The translations under genes and the position numbers were made by a program. The notes beneath the pieces were generated by a model. That model made no database searches. It was not told where the DNA came from and saw only the letters and a program-made list of their open reading frames with translations. Of a DNA stretch of 64,000 nucleotides, positions 16,364 through 27,599 are shown in pieces. This DNA comes from Eledone cirrhosa. Its lineage: Eukaryota. The stretch's first letter is position 1. Each line of letters opens with the position of its first letter. The DNA lies in NCBI GenBank assembly GCA_964016885.1, contig OZ024743.1, forward strand, positions 338,086,001 through 338,150,000. The letters are read 5' to 3'.

Positions 16364-16751
16364 TAATTGTCTTATGTTGTTTATTACATAAATATTAAGC
16401 TCTGTTACCTACATCGAGCATTCTTTTTTCCTGGACTTTTCCGACGGAATTACTTCATTTACACATATATATATATATTTATATATATATGTGTATATAT
16501 ATTAGAAGAGTCAGGGCCCCGATATCTAGCTGTCGAAACCGCCGGAAACCATGTTTATTCCCTTTCAGAAACTAATTAGTTGGAGTGAAATTTTAGTAAG
16601 TAAGTTAATTTTTATAATTTTCTTATTTTACGTCTTTCATATAATTGTAATGCGTCCCCTTGCATTGAACCTCAAAGTTACTAAGACAAAACCTATATAT
16701 TTGCTAGCATAGGTATGCATCTGTATATATATGTTGGTAGATATACTAATT

Positions 16752-16835
<84 letters not shown>

Positions 16836-16840
16836 ATGTA

Positions 16841-17390
<550 letters not shown>

Positions 17391-17991
17391 GTTAGAGAAG
17401 CAAGAAATTGCTTATTGTGATCCAGTTCTTGGTTAAGAAAGCCAGTTTCATGGATGGTTTCAACGTACGGTTAGGGGTAACTCTACAAGTTTGTAAGAAT
17501 TCCGTTCAATCTTGGAGTATAAAGTATAAAAGAGAAAACATAGGTAAGCATTAAAAGAAGGATTTTATCCAGGTATTTACGACCGTTTCATTGGTAAGTG
17601 CAACCTTATATTGCTATACTGCAAATAGCAGCCACTCAATTATAATTGTTGTTCACAGTCCAAATTTTCAAAATAGTGAGTAAGTTACTCTTGAAATAGT
17701 TCTTAATATATAGAGAAAAACATTTATTTGGAATTGTATTTACTAGTATAGAGAGAGAGGAGGAGGAATTAGAAGGTGAGGGGACAAACGGAATAGTATA
17801 GAGAGAGAGGAAGGAGGAATAGGTAGGAAGTAGAGTAACAAACTGAGATGGAGGGAGGGGTAGAGGTGGAAGGATTCCTTGGTCAGTTTTGATAGCAGAC
17901 TTCATGTCGTGGAATGTAGTGAGTTAAAGAGAATTAAATTGATCATAGTGGGAGGGAGGGATAGAGAGGGAGAGAGTGAGAGGGGGGGGAG

Positions 17992-18049
<58 letters not shown>

Positions 18050-18280
18050 AAGATAAAGATAATAATGACAAAAATAAAAGCAAAGATGGGAGTGAGAAAG
18101 AAGAAGAGAAAAGATAGCCAAGAAGGGGAGGGAAGGAAGGAAGAAAACGAAGAAATAGAAGAGGAATGAGGGAGAAGAGGGGGATATATATATTGGTTTT
18201 GTGGGTAATTAAAAGGGTTTAGATACAACAAGAGGGTATAAAGTCTAAGTATATGCAGTTTGTCAGTTGGTAGTAAGAGG

Positions 18281-20495
18281 TTAAGGGTTCGATTTGTAGT
18301 GCGAAAACTTCTCTTTGAGTCTATGGTTACAATAAATTGATCTTTCGATTTTATTGTTGAGTAACTTATTCTTCGAACTCAAGATATGGAACAGCTCAAG
18401 GTCGCATAATCGACAGCTTCTCATACCACTCCGATATGGGGGCGCGTTCGATAATTTGTTCCACTTCAGGGTGTATTGATGGTTACTTTCCCTCAGTTGC
18501 CAGGTCTTGTTTGCAAGGGTAGTTACATAACGATGCTGGGAATATTTCATTGCGTAACGGTGTGTATACCAACGGGCTTTAAATGTATTCCCAGTCGCTC
18601 CGATGTAATACCATTTCTGGTTGTCTGATTCCACTGTGCATTGGTAAACCAGGTTAGACTGCATACATTCATTTTGTAATGGACAGGTTTCAGGTAGGTG
18701 GCAGTTACAGTTCTTGTCATGGGCAACTTTGGCATTATTGGTGGGCATTATTGGTGGGCATTATTGGCGGTGGATTGGCAGTATCGGTGGAGGGTCGGAC
18801 GCCATGCCTTCCAGCATAGTTACGTCCCTTTACGATCTGAGTTCAAATCCCGCCGAGGTTGACTTTGCCTTTCATCCTTACGGGGTCGATAAAATAAAGT
18901 ACCAGTAATGCACTGGGTAATTGCTGGCCTTGTGCCTAAAGTAGAAACAATTATTGGTGGGCTGCGATGCCTGTACAAGTGTGTTACGTTTTGTTTGCCT
19001 ATTAGTGGGTGGTTGTGTATTAGATATTCTGTTGTATCGGTGGTGATTGTATTGTTATTGTTGTAAATTTGTGTTTTTGTGTTGTTATGTATCTTTTTAA
19101 CGTTAAGCATCTTAATGTGTGCCTCTATATTTGGTGCCGTGGAGTAAGATAGTCTAATAGATTTAGTGTTAAGGATTTTGCTGTATCTATGTGAATCTGG
19201 AAAGTGCTTATTTATTATTCTAAAGAAGGTAGAGGGTAGGTTAGTACTAATAGAGGTGTTAAATATGGGGTTATACCAAATATATTTTCTACTACGTGAC
19301 TTGTTTGATTTCGATGTTGTATTTCTATTTGCCGTATACTTTGCAGTTCTATGCGTAAGTGCGTGTGTGCGTGTGTTACCAGAGTTTGTGTTATGCGTGT
19401 TCGTGTGCGCTTCACGGAGGCTTTCATCTATATATTCTACTCTATCTAAGTGGCCTGCCTTGTCTAATGCGGTATTGTAGTATTCTGCGTGTTCTTCGAA
19501 GATTTGTCGGTTAGACGAGAGGCGGGAGATCCTAAGGGATATGCTGCGTGGAATGGATGTAATTATGGATAGTGGGTGGTTTGAGTTACAGTTGATGTAT
19601 GCTAAGTTTTCATTAATCTTGTGAAAAGGTCTTATAAGTCCCGTATTTAGGTTAAGCGTCGAGTCTAGAAAGTTAACTGTTTTAGTGCTATACTCATACG
19701 TTATGCTAAGGTCTAGTTTCCTGAGAGTCTTTCTAATATTATTACGGAGTCTTTCTATGCTCTGATTATTTAGGTTCTTAACTAGGGGAAGGGCGTCGTC
19801 TCTGTAGATTCCACCGTGAAGGTCGCTAAACTCAATTTGTAAACTATGGGCTATGTAAATACCTACTAAATCTGTGACTTGAGCCGAGTCATTTAGCCCC
19901 CATCGTGATGTCAGAGTTATTTAATCTATCCTTACGTTCCCAATAGGCGTTTTCAAATTTAATTATTGTTTTACTAGCAGCTAATATGATTTTTATCTCG
20001 TCGTCTGTTATGTCAGAATTGGCTTTGGCGAATGCTAAGGCTTTATCCAAGGTCTTGAGGGATATAGATGAGTAATAATCGTTAATGTCAAATTGTATAA
20101 ATTTAGATACTTCTTTGTTAGCTATATTGTTAAACCACTTAATTGTTTCGGTAGCGTTACCCCATAGTTTAATCACTAGTTTATTCTTCATTTGTGCTAT
20201 CACTCTGTCTAATATCTGTTTACTAATTTTCCCGATGTCCGATTTGGACAGGCATATAAGTCTAATTGTGGGGTTATAATCAAAATTTACCTTGTGGTCC
20301 TTGAGGTTAAATGTGGGGGTAGGTGGCCTAAGTGGCTCCGTTCTGTCGTCTATTTCTAGGTGTTTGACTATATTGTGTGCTTCGTTGTTGATGTTTATCA
20401 GTGCCGCCTCATTAGTTTTTTTGTATTTTCTATGCAATTCCTTCCGTATGAAGCTATTGTATGTATTAACATCCATCGTATACACATTTGATGTG
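18281..20495 (-). pseudogene. Naiad-like PLE RT/GIY-YIG ORF, broken by a +1 frameshift (~19892) and a SINE insertion (~18766-18955)
   Basis: ORFs 19889..20485, 18820..19110 and 18281..18748. The frame from 19890 to 18955 is stop-free by manual translation. Confidence 0.88.
18766..18955 (+). mobile_element. tRNA-derived SINE, family A young subfamily, inserted in the Naiad ORF with 13-bp TSD ATTATTGGTGGGC
   Basis: Pol III A-box-like TGGCAGTATCGG and B-box-like GAGTTCAAATCCC, body GCCTTTCATCCTTACGGGGTCGATAAAATAAAGTACCAG, tail GTAGAAACAATTATT. Near-identical to 44668-44856. Confidence 0.9.
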
Positions 20496-20539
20496 TATAT
20501 ATATATATAAAAGAATAGAGGTGTAACATACGAGTTGTG

Positions 20540-21087
20540 ATATATTGGTAAATGGAAAAGAAAATGCTGACAAATTGTTCCAAGTGAAAAATAGTTTAAG
20601 TAGGAATAAGTAAAAATTAGTAATAAGTAGTGGTTAGTATTCAGTTTTAGTTTTAAGTTTTTACCGGTTGCGCATTTCTAATGCTTTTCAAAAATAATTT
20701 TGAGATAGAGCGCCCGTGATGTTTGCTCTAATCTGATTAGTTTTGGAAATTCTACCTGTTTTATGTGAAAAAAGTGGCTCCAGAGGTATTAAAATAAGTT
20801 TCGCGCCAATTCGTGTTGTAAAAATTCTTGTGGTCAAAACAATTTTGATTGGTCGGTAGAGGTCACGTGAATGTTAAAAATTGATTTTGCGCCAAATGTA
20901 GGTTTGTCGAAGAGTGTCCTTTTTCGCCTGATTGAGAAGTCACTGAAAAATAAGTCTTTTAAGACAAATATGTGTGTGTGTGTGTGTGTAGTAAAGAGGT
21001 TCATTGTTGTGATAATGGTCAGTAGGGATGTGTGTGTGAATTGCAGTCATGTTGAAAGGTCAACATTTCAGGTGCCTATTAAAACAA

Positions 21088-21165
<78 letters not shown>

Positions 21166-23717
21166 CAGAGTAATTCGTGGTAGAGGGATCGGTCAGTAGG
21201 AATGTGTCTGTACGTGTGTGGGGGATACAAAAACACAAGTCAAACCTCAACAAGAAAGAATGGGAATAATTAAATAGATTAAAAACCGACAGAACCATTA
21301 CAATTAAAGAGGCTGATAAAGGGAGTACAGTAGTCCTAATGGAGACAGAATTCTATATCAACTTAGCGCTCTCCACTTTGGAAAACGAAACATACTACGA
21401 AAAGGCTGTACACTACAATCAACAGAAAATTATGAGAAACCTAAAAACTCTGATCAACCAATACAAAGAAGGACTCACTAGTAAGGAATTCAGCTTCATC
21501 ACAGACTTCACAAGTAAATCCAGCCTTTTCTACGGTATCCCTTAAGTACATAAAAGCGAATTAATAAGTAAGGCATGGAAGGAAGCCACAGACATAGTCA
21601 TCAATGTCCCCTCACCTAATGATCTCAAATTAAGACCTATAATAGCAGGCCCCGCTTGCGAAACCCACCGCCTTAGCAACTTCATTGATACCCTTCTCAA
21701 GCCTTTTCTCAAACACATCAAAAGCTATATAAGGGACGACCTAGATATGCTCAATCACCTCCCTAATATGCCCCTTTCTGAACAAACCCTACTAGTGACG
21801 TTCGATGTAGTCAACCTATACTCCAACATCTCCCACAACCTAGGAATAGAAGCTATCCAATTCTGGCTGGATAATTACCACAATGAACTCCCACAACGCA
21901 TCAAAAAAGAATTCGGGATAGAGGGACTCAAATTTATCTTGGAGAACAATTACTTCGTTTTCAATAACAAATCCTACAGGCAGAAATCTGGTACTGCTAT
22001 GGGAACGAAAACAGCCCCCACTTATGCCAACCTAGTCATGGGATACCTGGAAATCACCCTCTACACTAAAGTACTAAACAAATTTGGAAACACTCTCCAC
22101 TTACACATAGAAAAGAACTGGAAGCGATATCTAGATGACTGCTTCACCCTTTGGCACGAAAACATCGAGAAACTTAAAGAATTTCACACCCTTATAAATG
22201 GACTCAACACGAATATTAACTTTACGATGGAGTACAGCCATCAACAACTCCCCTTCCTCGACATCCTCATTAAGATTCATAACAAAAAAATAGTAACAGA
22301 CATATACTACAAGCCCACAGACTCCAAGCAATATCTTCCTTTCAACTCTTGCCACCCTAGACACGTTAAAATTAATTTTCCCTACAACTTAGCCAAGAGA
22401 ATCTGTACTATAGTCTCCAATAAAAACACCTGTTATTTACGGCTACAAGAACTAAAGGACACACTCATAGGCAGGGACTACCCTGCATCACTAATTGACA
22501 ATGGAATCCAACGTGCCCTAAAACTCAGTACCCAGGACCTTAGACACCCTAAAGTAAATCAACCGAAACTAAAAGCTCTTCCATACATCTCAACACACAA
22601 CCCCCTCAACAATGAGGCCTTTGACACCATCCTCCAGAACATCCCTGTGTTAAAGAAGGACCATAGAATGAACTAAATCCTTCGAACACACGATATCATA
22701 AAGAGCAAAATACAATCCAAGTCAATGAAAAACATCCTAACACATGCCAAAGTACTGCCAACCACAACAACGAAACCCACAGTAAAAAAGTGCGATAGAC
22801 CCAACTGTGGCATTTGCATCAACCTAATAGAGGGTTCGGAATTCTATTTCAAAGAAGGACAACGTTTTATAGTAAAACACAATTTCACATGCGCATCAGA
22901 AAATCTAATATATGTATTAACTTGCTCAGGTTGTCGAGAACAATACATAGGCCAGACCAAAAGCAGCCTCCGCCAACGCATGACTGTCCATAGATCCCAA
23001 ATTAAAATACGGGAATGCAGGAAAATACCACTGAGTGAAGACATTGATACCTGTGCCGCCCAAAATCATCCCAACTTTAGAATCTTTCCCCTCTACAAAT
23101 TTAAAGATAATGCCACCCACACCCAGCGCATCAGCAAGGAATCTCACTTTATTAACAAATACGGACCCCGTCTAAACACTTCTCCCTAAGACGAACCCAC
23201 AACATACACACTTCAACATACATACCTACATCAGCATACATCTCTATCCACATATAAACACAATGACATACGTAAACACACATGTTCTATGGTGCAACAC
23301 AAATATACACAAATTTGCATACCTTTTGATGTCTATAGATATACATGTGCCGACACACACACATACATATACGCACACATGCATTGCACACTGATGGGCA
23401 CATACATATTTGTGCACAAGTATTCCATTACGGCAGGGCCTAATGGATTCCCCTTGCAGTACGTACAATCTGGACACTCACACACACCTTGGTGTTATGA
23501 CAATACTATATATCATTTCACACCTTTTATTATTAATGTTTTTGATGTTCTCTTGAGAGAATCGTTTTTACTGAAAATATCGAATAATGTACACCATTTT
23601 TACCAGTATCACAAAAATACTCCCCCCCCACACACACACACATACACACATATACACACACACACACACATATATATACACACACACATACACACGCGTA
23701 CACTAACATACAAAGAG

Positions 23718-23754
<37 letters not shown>

Positions 23755-23860
23755 TCCGTATAAGACAAGAGCTGAAAAATATCTTTCAACATGTTAAAAT
23801 ATCCCCACACACGTACAGACACATTCCTACTAACCGATCCCTCTACCACGAATTACTCTG

Positions 23861-23896
<36 letters not shown>

Positions 23897-24322
23897 TTGT
23901 CTTCAAAGACTTATTTTTCAGTGACTTCTCAATCAGGCGAAAAAGGACACTCTTCGACAAACCTACATTTGGCGCAAAATCAATTTTTAACATTCACGTG
24001 ACCTCTACCGACCAATCAAAATTGTTTTGACCACAAGAATTTTTACAACACGAATTGACGCGAAACTTATTTTAATACCTCTGGAGCCACTTTTTTCACA
24101 TAAAACAGGTAGAATTTCCAAAACTAATCAGATTAGAGCAAACATCACGGGCGCTCTATCTCAAAATTATTTTTGAAAAGCATTAGAAATGCGCAACCGG
24201 TAAAAACTTAAAACTAAAACTGAATACTAACCACTACTTATTACTAATTTTTACTTATTCCTACTTAAACTATTTTTCACTGGGAACAATTTGTCAGCAT
24301 TTTCTTTTCCTTTTACCAATAT
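20540..24322 (+). mobile_element. 5'-truncated Penelope-like retroelement, Neptune-like clade, with an inverted 5' pseudo-LTR (20540-21227) and a 3' pseudo-LTR (23800-24322)
   Basis: 20540-21227 is the reverse complement of 23800-24322 apart from a ~120-bp indel and (CA)n length. The RT-EN ORF lies between them, and TA-rich sequence is at both ends. Confidence 0.9.
21228..23189 (+). pseudogene. Neptune-like PLE reverse transcriptase + GIY-YIG endonuclease ORF, in one frame with three TAA stops (~21267, 21543, 22674)
   Basis: Motifs IKEADKGSTVV, YGIP*VHK, LRPII, TFDVVNLYSNI, GTAMGT..APTYANL, RYLDDCF, LPFLD, YYKPTD, SCHP; Zn finger CDRPNCGIC; GIY-YIG NLIYVLTCSGC..YIGQT..LRQRM..H..E..LN. ORFs starting at 21339, 21747 and 22725 share one frame. 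Confidence 0.92.
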
Positions 24323-24346
24323 ATATATATATATATATATTATATA

Positions 24347-24425
24347 TGACCCTAAACTTCATCCTAACCCAAACACTAACCCCAGTCCTAACCCTAAAAC
24401 TAACACTAATTCTGACCCTAACCCG
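24347..24425 (+). repeat. Degenerate (CCCTAA)n-like hexamer run
   Basis: About 13 hexamers such as CCCTAA, TCCTAA, CACTAA and AACTAA. Confidence 0.6.
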
Positions 24426-24716
24426 TAATGTCTATTTACTGAATAATAAATATCTGTTGAAGAGGAAATATATATTGAGGAAACGAGAAATTCTAACACC
24501 ACTATTTAGAAATATCCCTTTGAACTCTAAAGCAGCTAGCTTACTTCCATTTTGAAACTCAACTCATATTTAATGTTATAGTTACCAATTTAGTATTGTT
24601 TTTTTGTTTGTTTGTTTGTTTGTTTGTTTGTTTTTTTGTTTGTTTTTGTTGTTTTTTTTTGGTGTGGCATAATGAGTTCAATAACCGAAGTTTTTTATTT
24701 TATTTTAATCATTTAA

Positions 24717-24988
24717 TTCTTATGATTTCTGACAAGAGATTTTGGTATGGGTGTGGTTCGTGGATTGCGCAGCTTGACAACAATAATGTTTTGGGGGAGA
24801 ATATATGTGTAATTTGGGGGAAAATACTTGTGTGATTATATTACACATATATTCTGTAGGCAAGATCGTAAAAAATCGCTTGCATAGGCCGAACTCGCCC
24901 AAAACATCACAGTTGTCAAGCTGTGTAATCCACACCAACAACTCTAGTCAGAAACCATACCAACAACTCTAGTCAGAAATCATAAGAT
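24717..24988. mobile_element. Fold-back MITE-like element
   Basis: Terminal TCTTATGATTTCTGAC(A/T)AGAG is inverted at both ends. Inner inverted blocks are GTGGATT.CGCAGCTTGACAAC / GTTGTCAAGCTGTGTAATCCAC and GAATATATGTGTAAT / ATTACACATATATTC. Confidence 0.7.
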
Positions 24989-25999
24989 TTACATGAACTT
25001 ACAGACACTCGTCCACTAGCTAAGAGACCCTGTCCTTTTACTCTTCCACTTACCTGACATAGTTGCTCCTATTACTTCCAGCACGTCACCCATTATGTGT
25101 GAAAATATTTGCTACTTCCTTTTGAAAATATATGCACAGGTATATGCAAGAGATATTAATGTTTGGAACGTGGCAGACGTAGATTTAGGTCAATGGAACT
25201 GAAAATAAAAAGAAAAATATGACTAACGGTATATATATTTTGTACTCTATGAACCTGTAGGAGTACCATAGTGACATGTGGCGTGTCTTGGGAATTTAAT
25301 ACCTGGCGAAGTCCATCTCTCCACATCTGAATAAGCGGATTTCTTCCAGTCAAGGAAGGATTTGAGGAGGTGGTTGCAGTACTAGAGTGGTACTTTTTTA
25401 TTGACCTTGAAAGGGTGAAAGGCAAAGTTGACCTCATGTTGTTTTTAACACAAAGATAGCAAAAAGCCTTAAGAAATACTGCAAAGCATTCTATCCGGCG
25501 TTGTAAGGGCTCTGCTATTTTGCCAAACTTGACCGACGATATAAAGATGAGCCATATTTAACATTTAAGCCAATATAGGGAAATTAAGAAATGTGGTTGC
25601 TATTTCTAGTAAATCTTTAACACAATTGAAGAGTCCTTTCAACCCTTTGTTTAGCGTGGTTTGTACAGCTGGATGCCCTTCCTAACACCAACCACTTTAT
25701 AGAATATACATTGTATGTAAGTATGGACTCATGACTCGTGATAAAACCATGTGGAGGCCGTAGTGACACGTGGTTTTTCTTGGACATTTTTAAGCCAACC
25801 GATTTCTTCCAAAGAAGGAAAGAGAGAAGGAGAATGAGATATATTTTTGCTATCTAAAGGATGAACGGCAAAGTTGACTTCGGAGGGATTTGAACGAAGA
25901 ACGCAGAGAGCCGGAACTGCTAAACATTTGTCTGACGCTCAAACGACTCTGTCCACTATCTTGAGAGTATACATTAGATTTTATTAATTGACAAGCGTG

Positions 26000-26222
26000 A
26001 GTGCGGTGGCTTGACAGTATCAACAGCGCGTTGGACACCATGCTTTGCCGCATAGAGTTACGGCCCATTACGTTCTGAGTTGAAATCCCGTCGAGGTTAG
26101 CTTTGCCTTTCATCCTTACAAGATCGATAAACAAAGTATCACTAATGCACTGAGGTCGATTTAATCGATTTCCCGCCTCACCCTAAAATTGCCGGCCTTG
26201 TGCCTATAGTAGAAATCATTAA
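26000..26222 (+). mobile_element. SINE family A copy (older); minus-strand fragments at ~25370-25520 and ~25850-25960
   Basis: Shared body GCCTTTCATCCT..GATAAA..AGTA.CA and tail GGCCTTGTGCCTATAGTAGAAA. Confidence 0.8.
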
Positions 26223-26689
26223 TTGACGAGCATATTTCAAACTGAAAGTTCTTCACAAACTATTGTTAGCTGATGACAAAGCTGCTGGTATTTCATCGAG
26301 AATACTTTATATGCATCGTGTTTTATTTTAATTTGTTGGTATTCTTAACAGAATGAGTCAAAGATGTGTTTAGTACTTAACACGCATATAAATATGGTGA
26401 TAAACCATCAACGATGAGAGAACTGAGGCAGAATCATGATGTTTAAAATCGTGATTTGATAATTGACATAGAAATAAATAAAGGTAAATTGTTCCTACAT
26501 CAACTGTTAGGTAGGTAGATGTTTTGGTTTCGTTTCGTAATATTTGGGTTGGATGGTGCGAAATGATTTTCTGTTAGGGAATGTTGTTAGTAGCTGACTG
26601 TGTGTCTAACTGACTGTGTGTCTATGTGTGGCTGTGTCTATGTGTGCTTGTGTCTATGTGTGCTTGTGTTACTGTGTAGATGGCTGTCT

Positions 26690-27570
26690 GTGTAGCTGTA
26701 TATTTGTGTAGCTGCGTAAATGTGTACCTGTATTACAGTGTTTTGTGTGTCTGAGTTGCTGTGTAGCTGTGTACCTGTATAGCTGTGTGTTTAAGTTGCT
26801 CTATACATATATTTCTGTGTAGATGTGTAGCTGTGTAGATGTGTAGCTGTATAGCAGTGTACCTGTATAGGTGTGTGGCTGTGTAGCTGTGTACCAGTGT
26901 ACCTGTGTAGCTGTGTAGCTGTAGAGCTGTGTACCTGTGTAGCAGTGTACCAGTGTACCTGTGTAGCTGTGAGCTGTGTAGCAGTGTACCTGTATAGCTG
27001 TATGGCTGTGTAGCTGTGTAGCAGTGTACATGTATAGATGTGTAGCTGTGTACCTGTGTAGCTGTGTAGCTGTATAGCTGTGTAGCTGTGTATCTGTATA
27101 GCTGTATAGCTGAGTAGCTGTGTAGCTGAGTAGCTGTGTACCTGTGTAGCAGTGTAGCTGTATAGCTGTGTAACTGTGTAGCAGTGTACATGTATAGATG
27201 TGTAGCTGTGTACCTGTGTAGCTGTGTAGCTGTATAGCTGTGTAGCTGTGTATCTGTAAAGCTGTATAGCTGAGTAGCTGTGTAGCTGAGTAGCTGTGTA
27301 CCTGTGTAGCAGTATAGCTGTATAGCTTTGTAGCTGTATAGCTTTGTAGCTGTATACCTGCATAGCTGTGTGTTTGAGTTGCTGTATACATATATTTCTG
27401 TGTAGATGTGTACCTGTATAGATGTGTAGCTGTGTAGCAGTGTACCTGTGTAGATGTGTAGATGTGTAACTGTGTACCTGTGTAGCTATGTAGATGTGTA
27501 CCTGTATAGCAGTGTATCTGTGTACCTGTGTGTAGATGTGTACCTGTATAGTAGTGTAGTTGTGTACCTC
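26690..27570. repeat. 8-bp repeat (TGTAGCTG)n, left flank of the 24-bp satellite
   Basis: Variants TGTAGCTG, TGTACCTG and TATAGCTG, with a ~128-bp internal duplication (~27008-27135 vs ~27168-27295). Confidence 0.9.
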
Positions 27571-27599
27571 TACACATGTGTGTCTGGATTAAAATTATT

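Larger units (their letters stand above)
16205..16391. mobile_element. ~187-bp palindrome (family P2) with a hammerhead ribozyme fold in each arm
   Basis: The arms are near-perfect reverse complements centred at ~16298. CTGATGA is at 16310 (+) and TCATCAG at 16279-16285 (-). Confidence 0.8.

Noticed and set aside
19889-19891. TGA in the Naiad RT as a selenocysteine codon
   Set aside because: It results from a one-base insertion. The conserved motif continues in another frame (NDSAQVTDLVG), and the position is not a Cys site.
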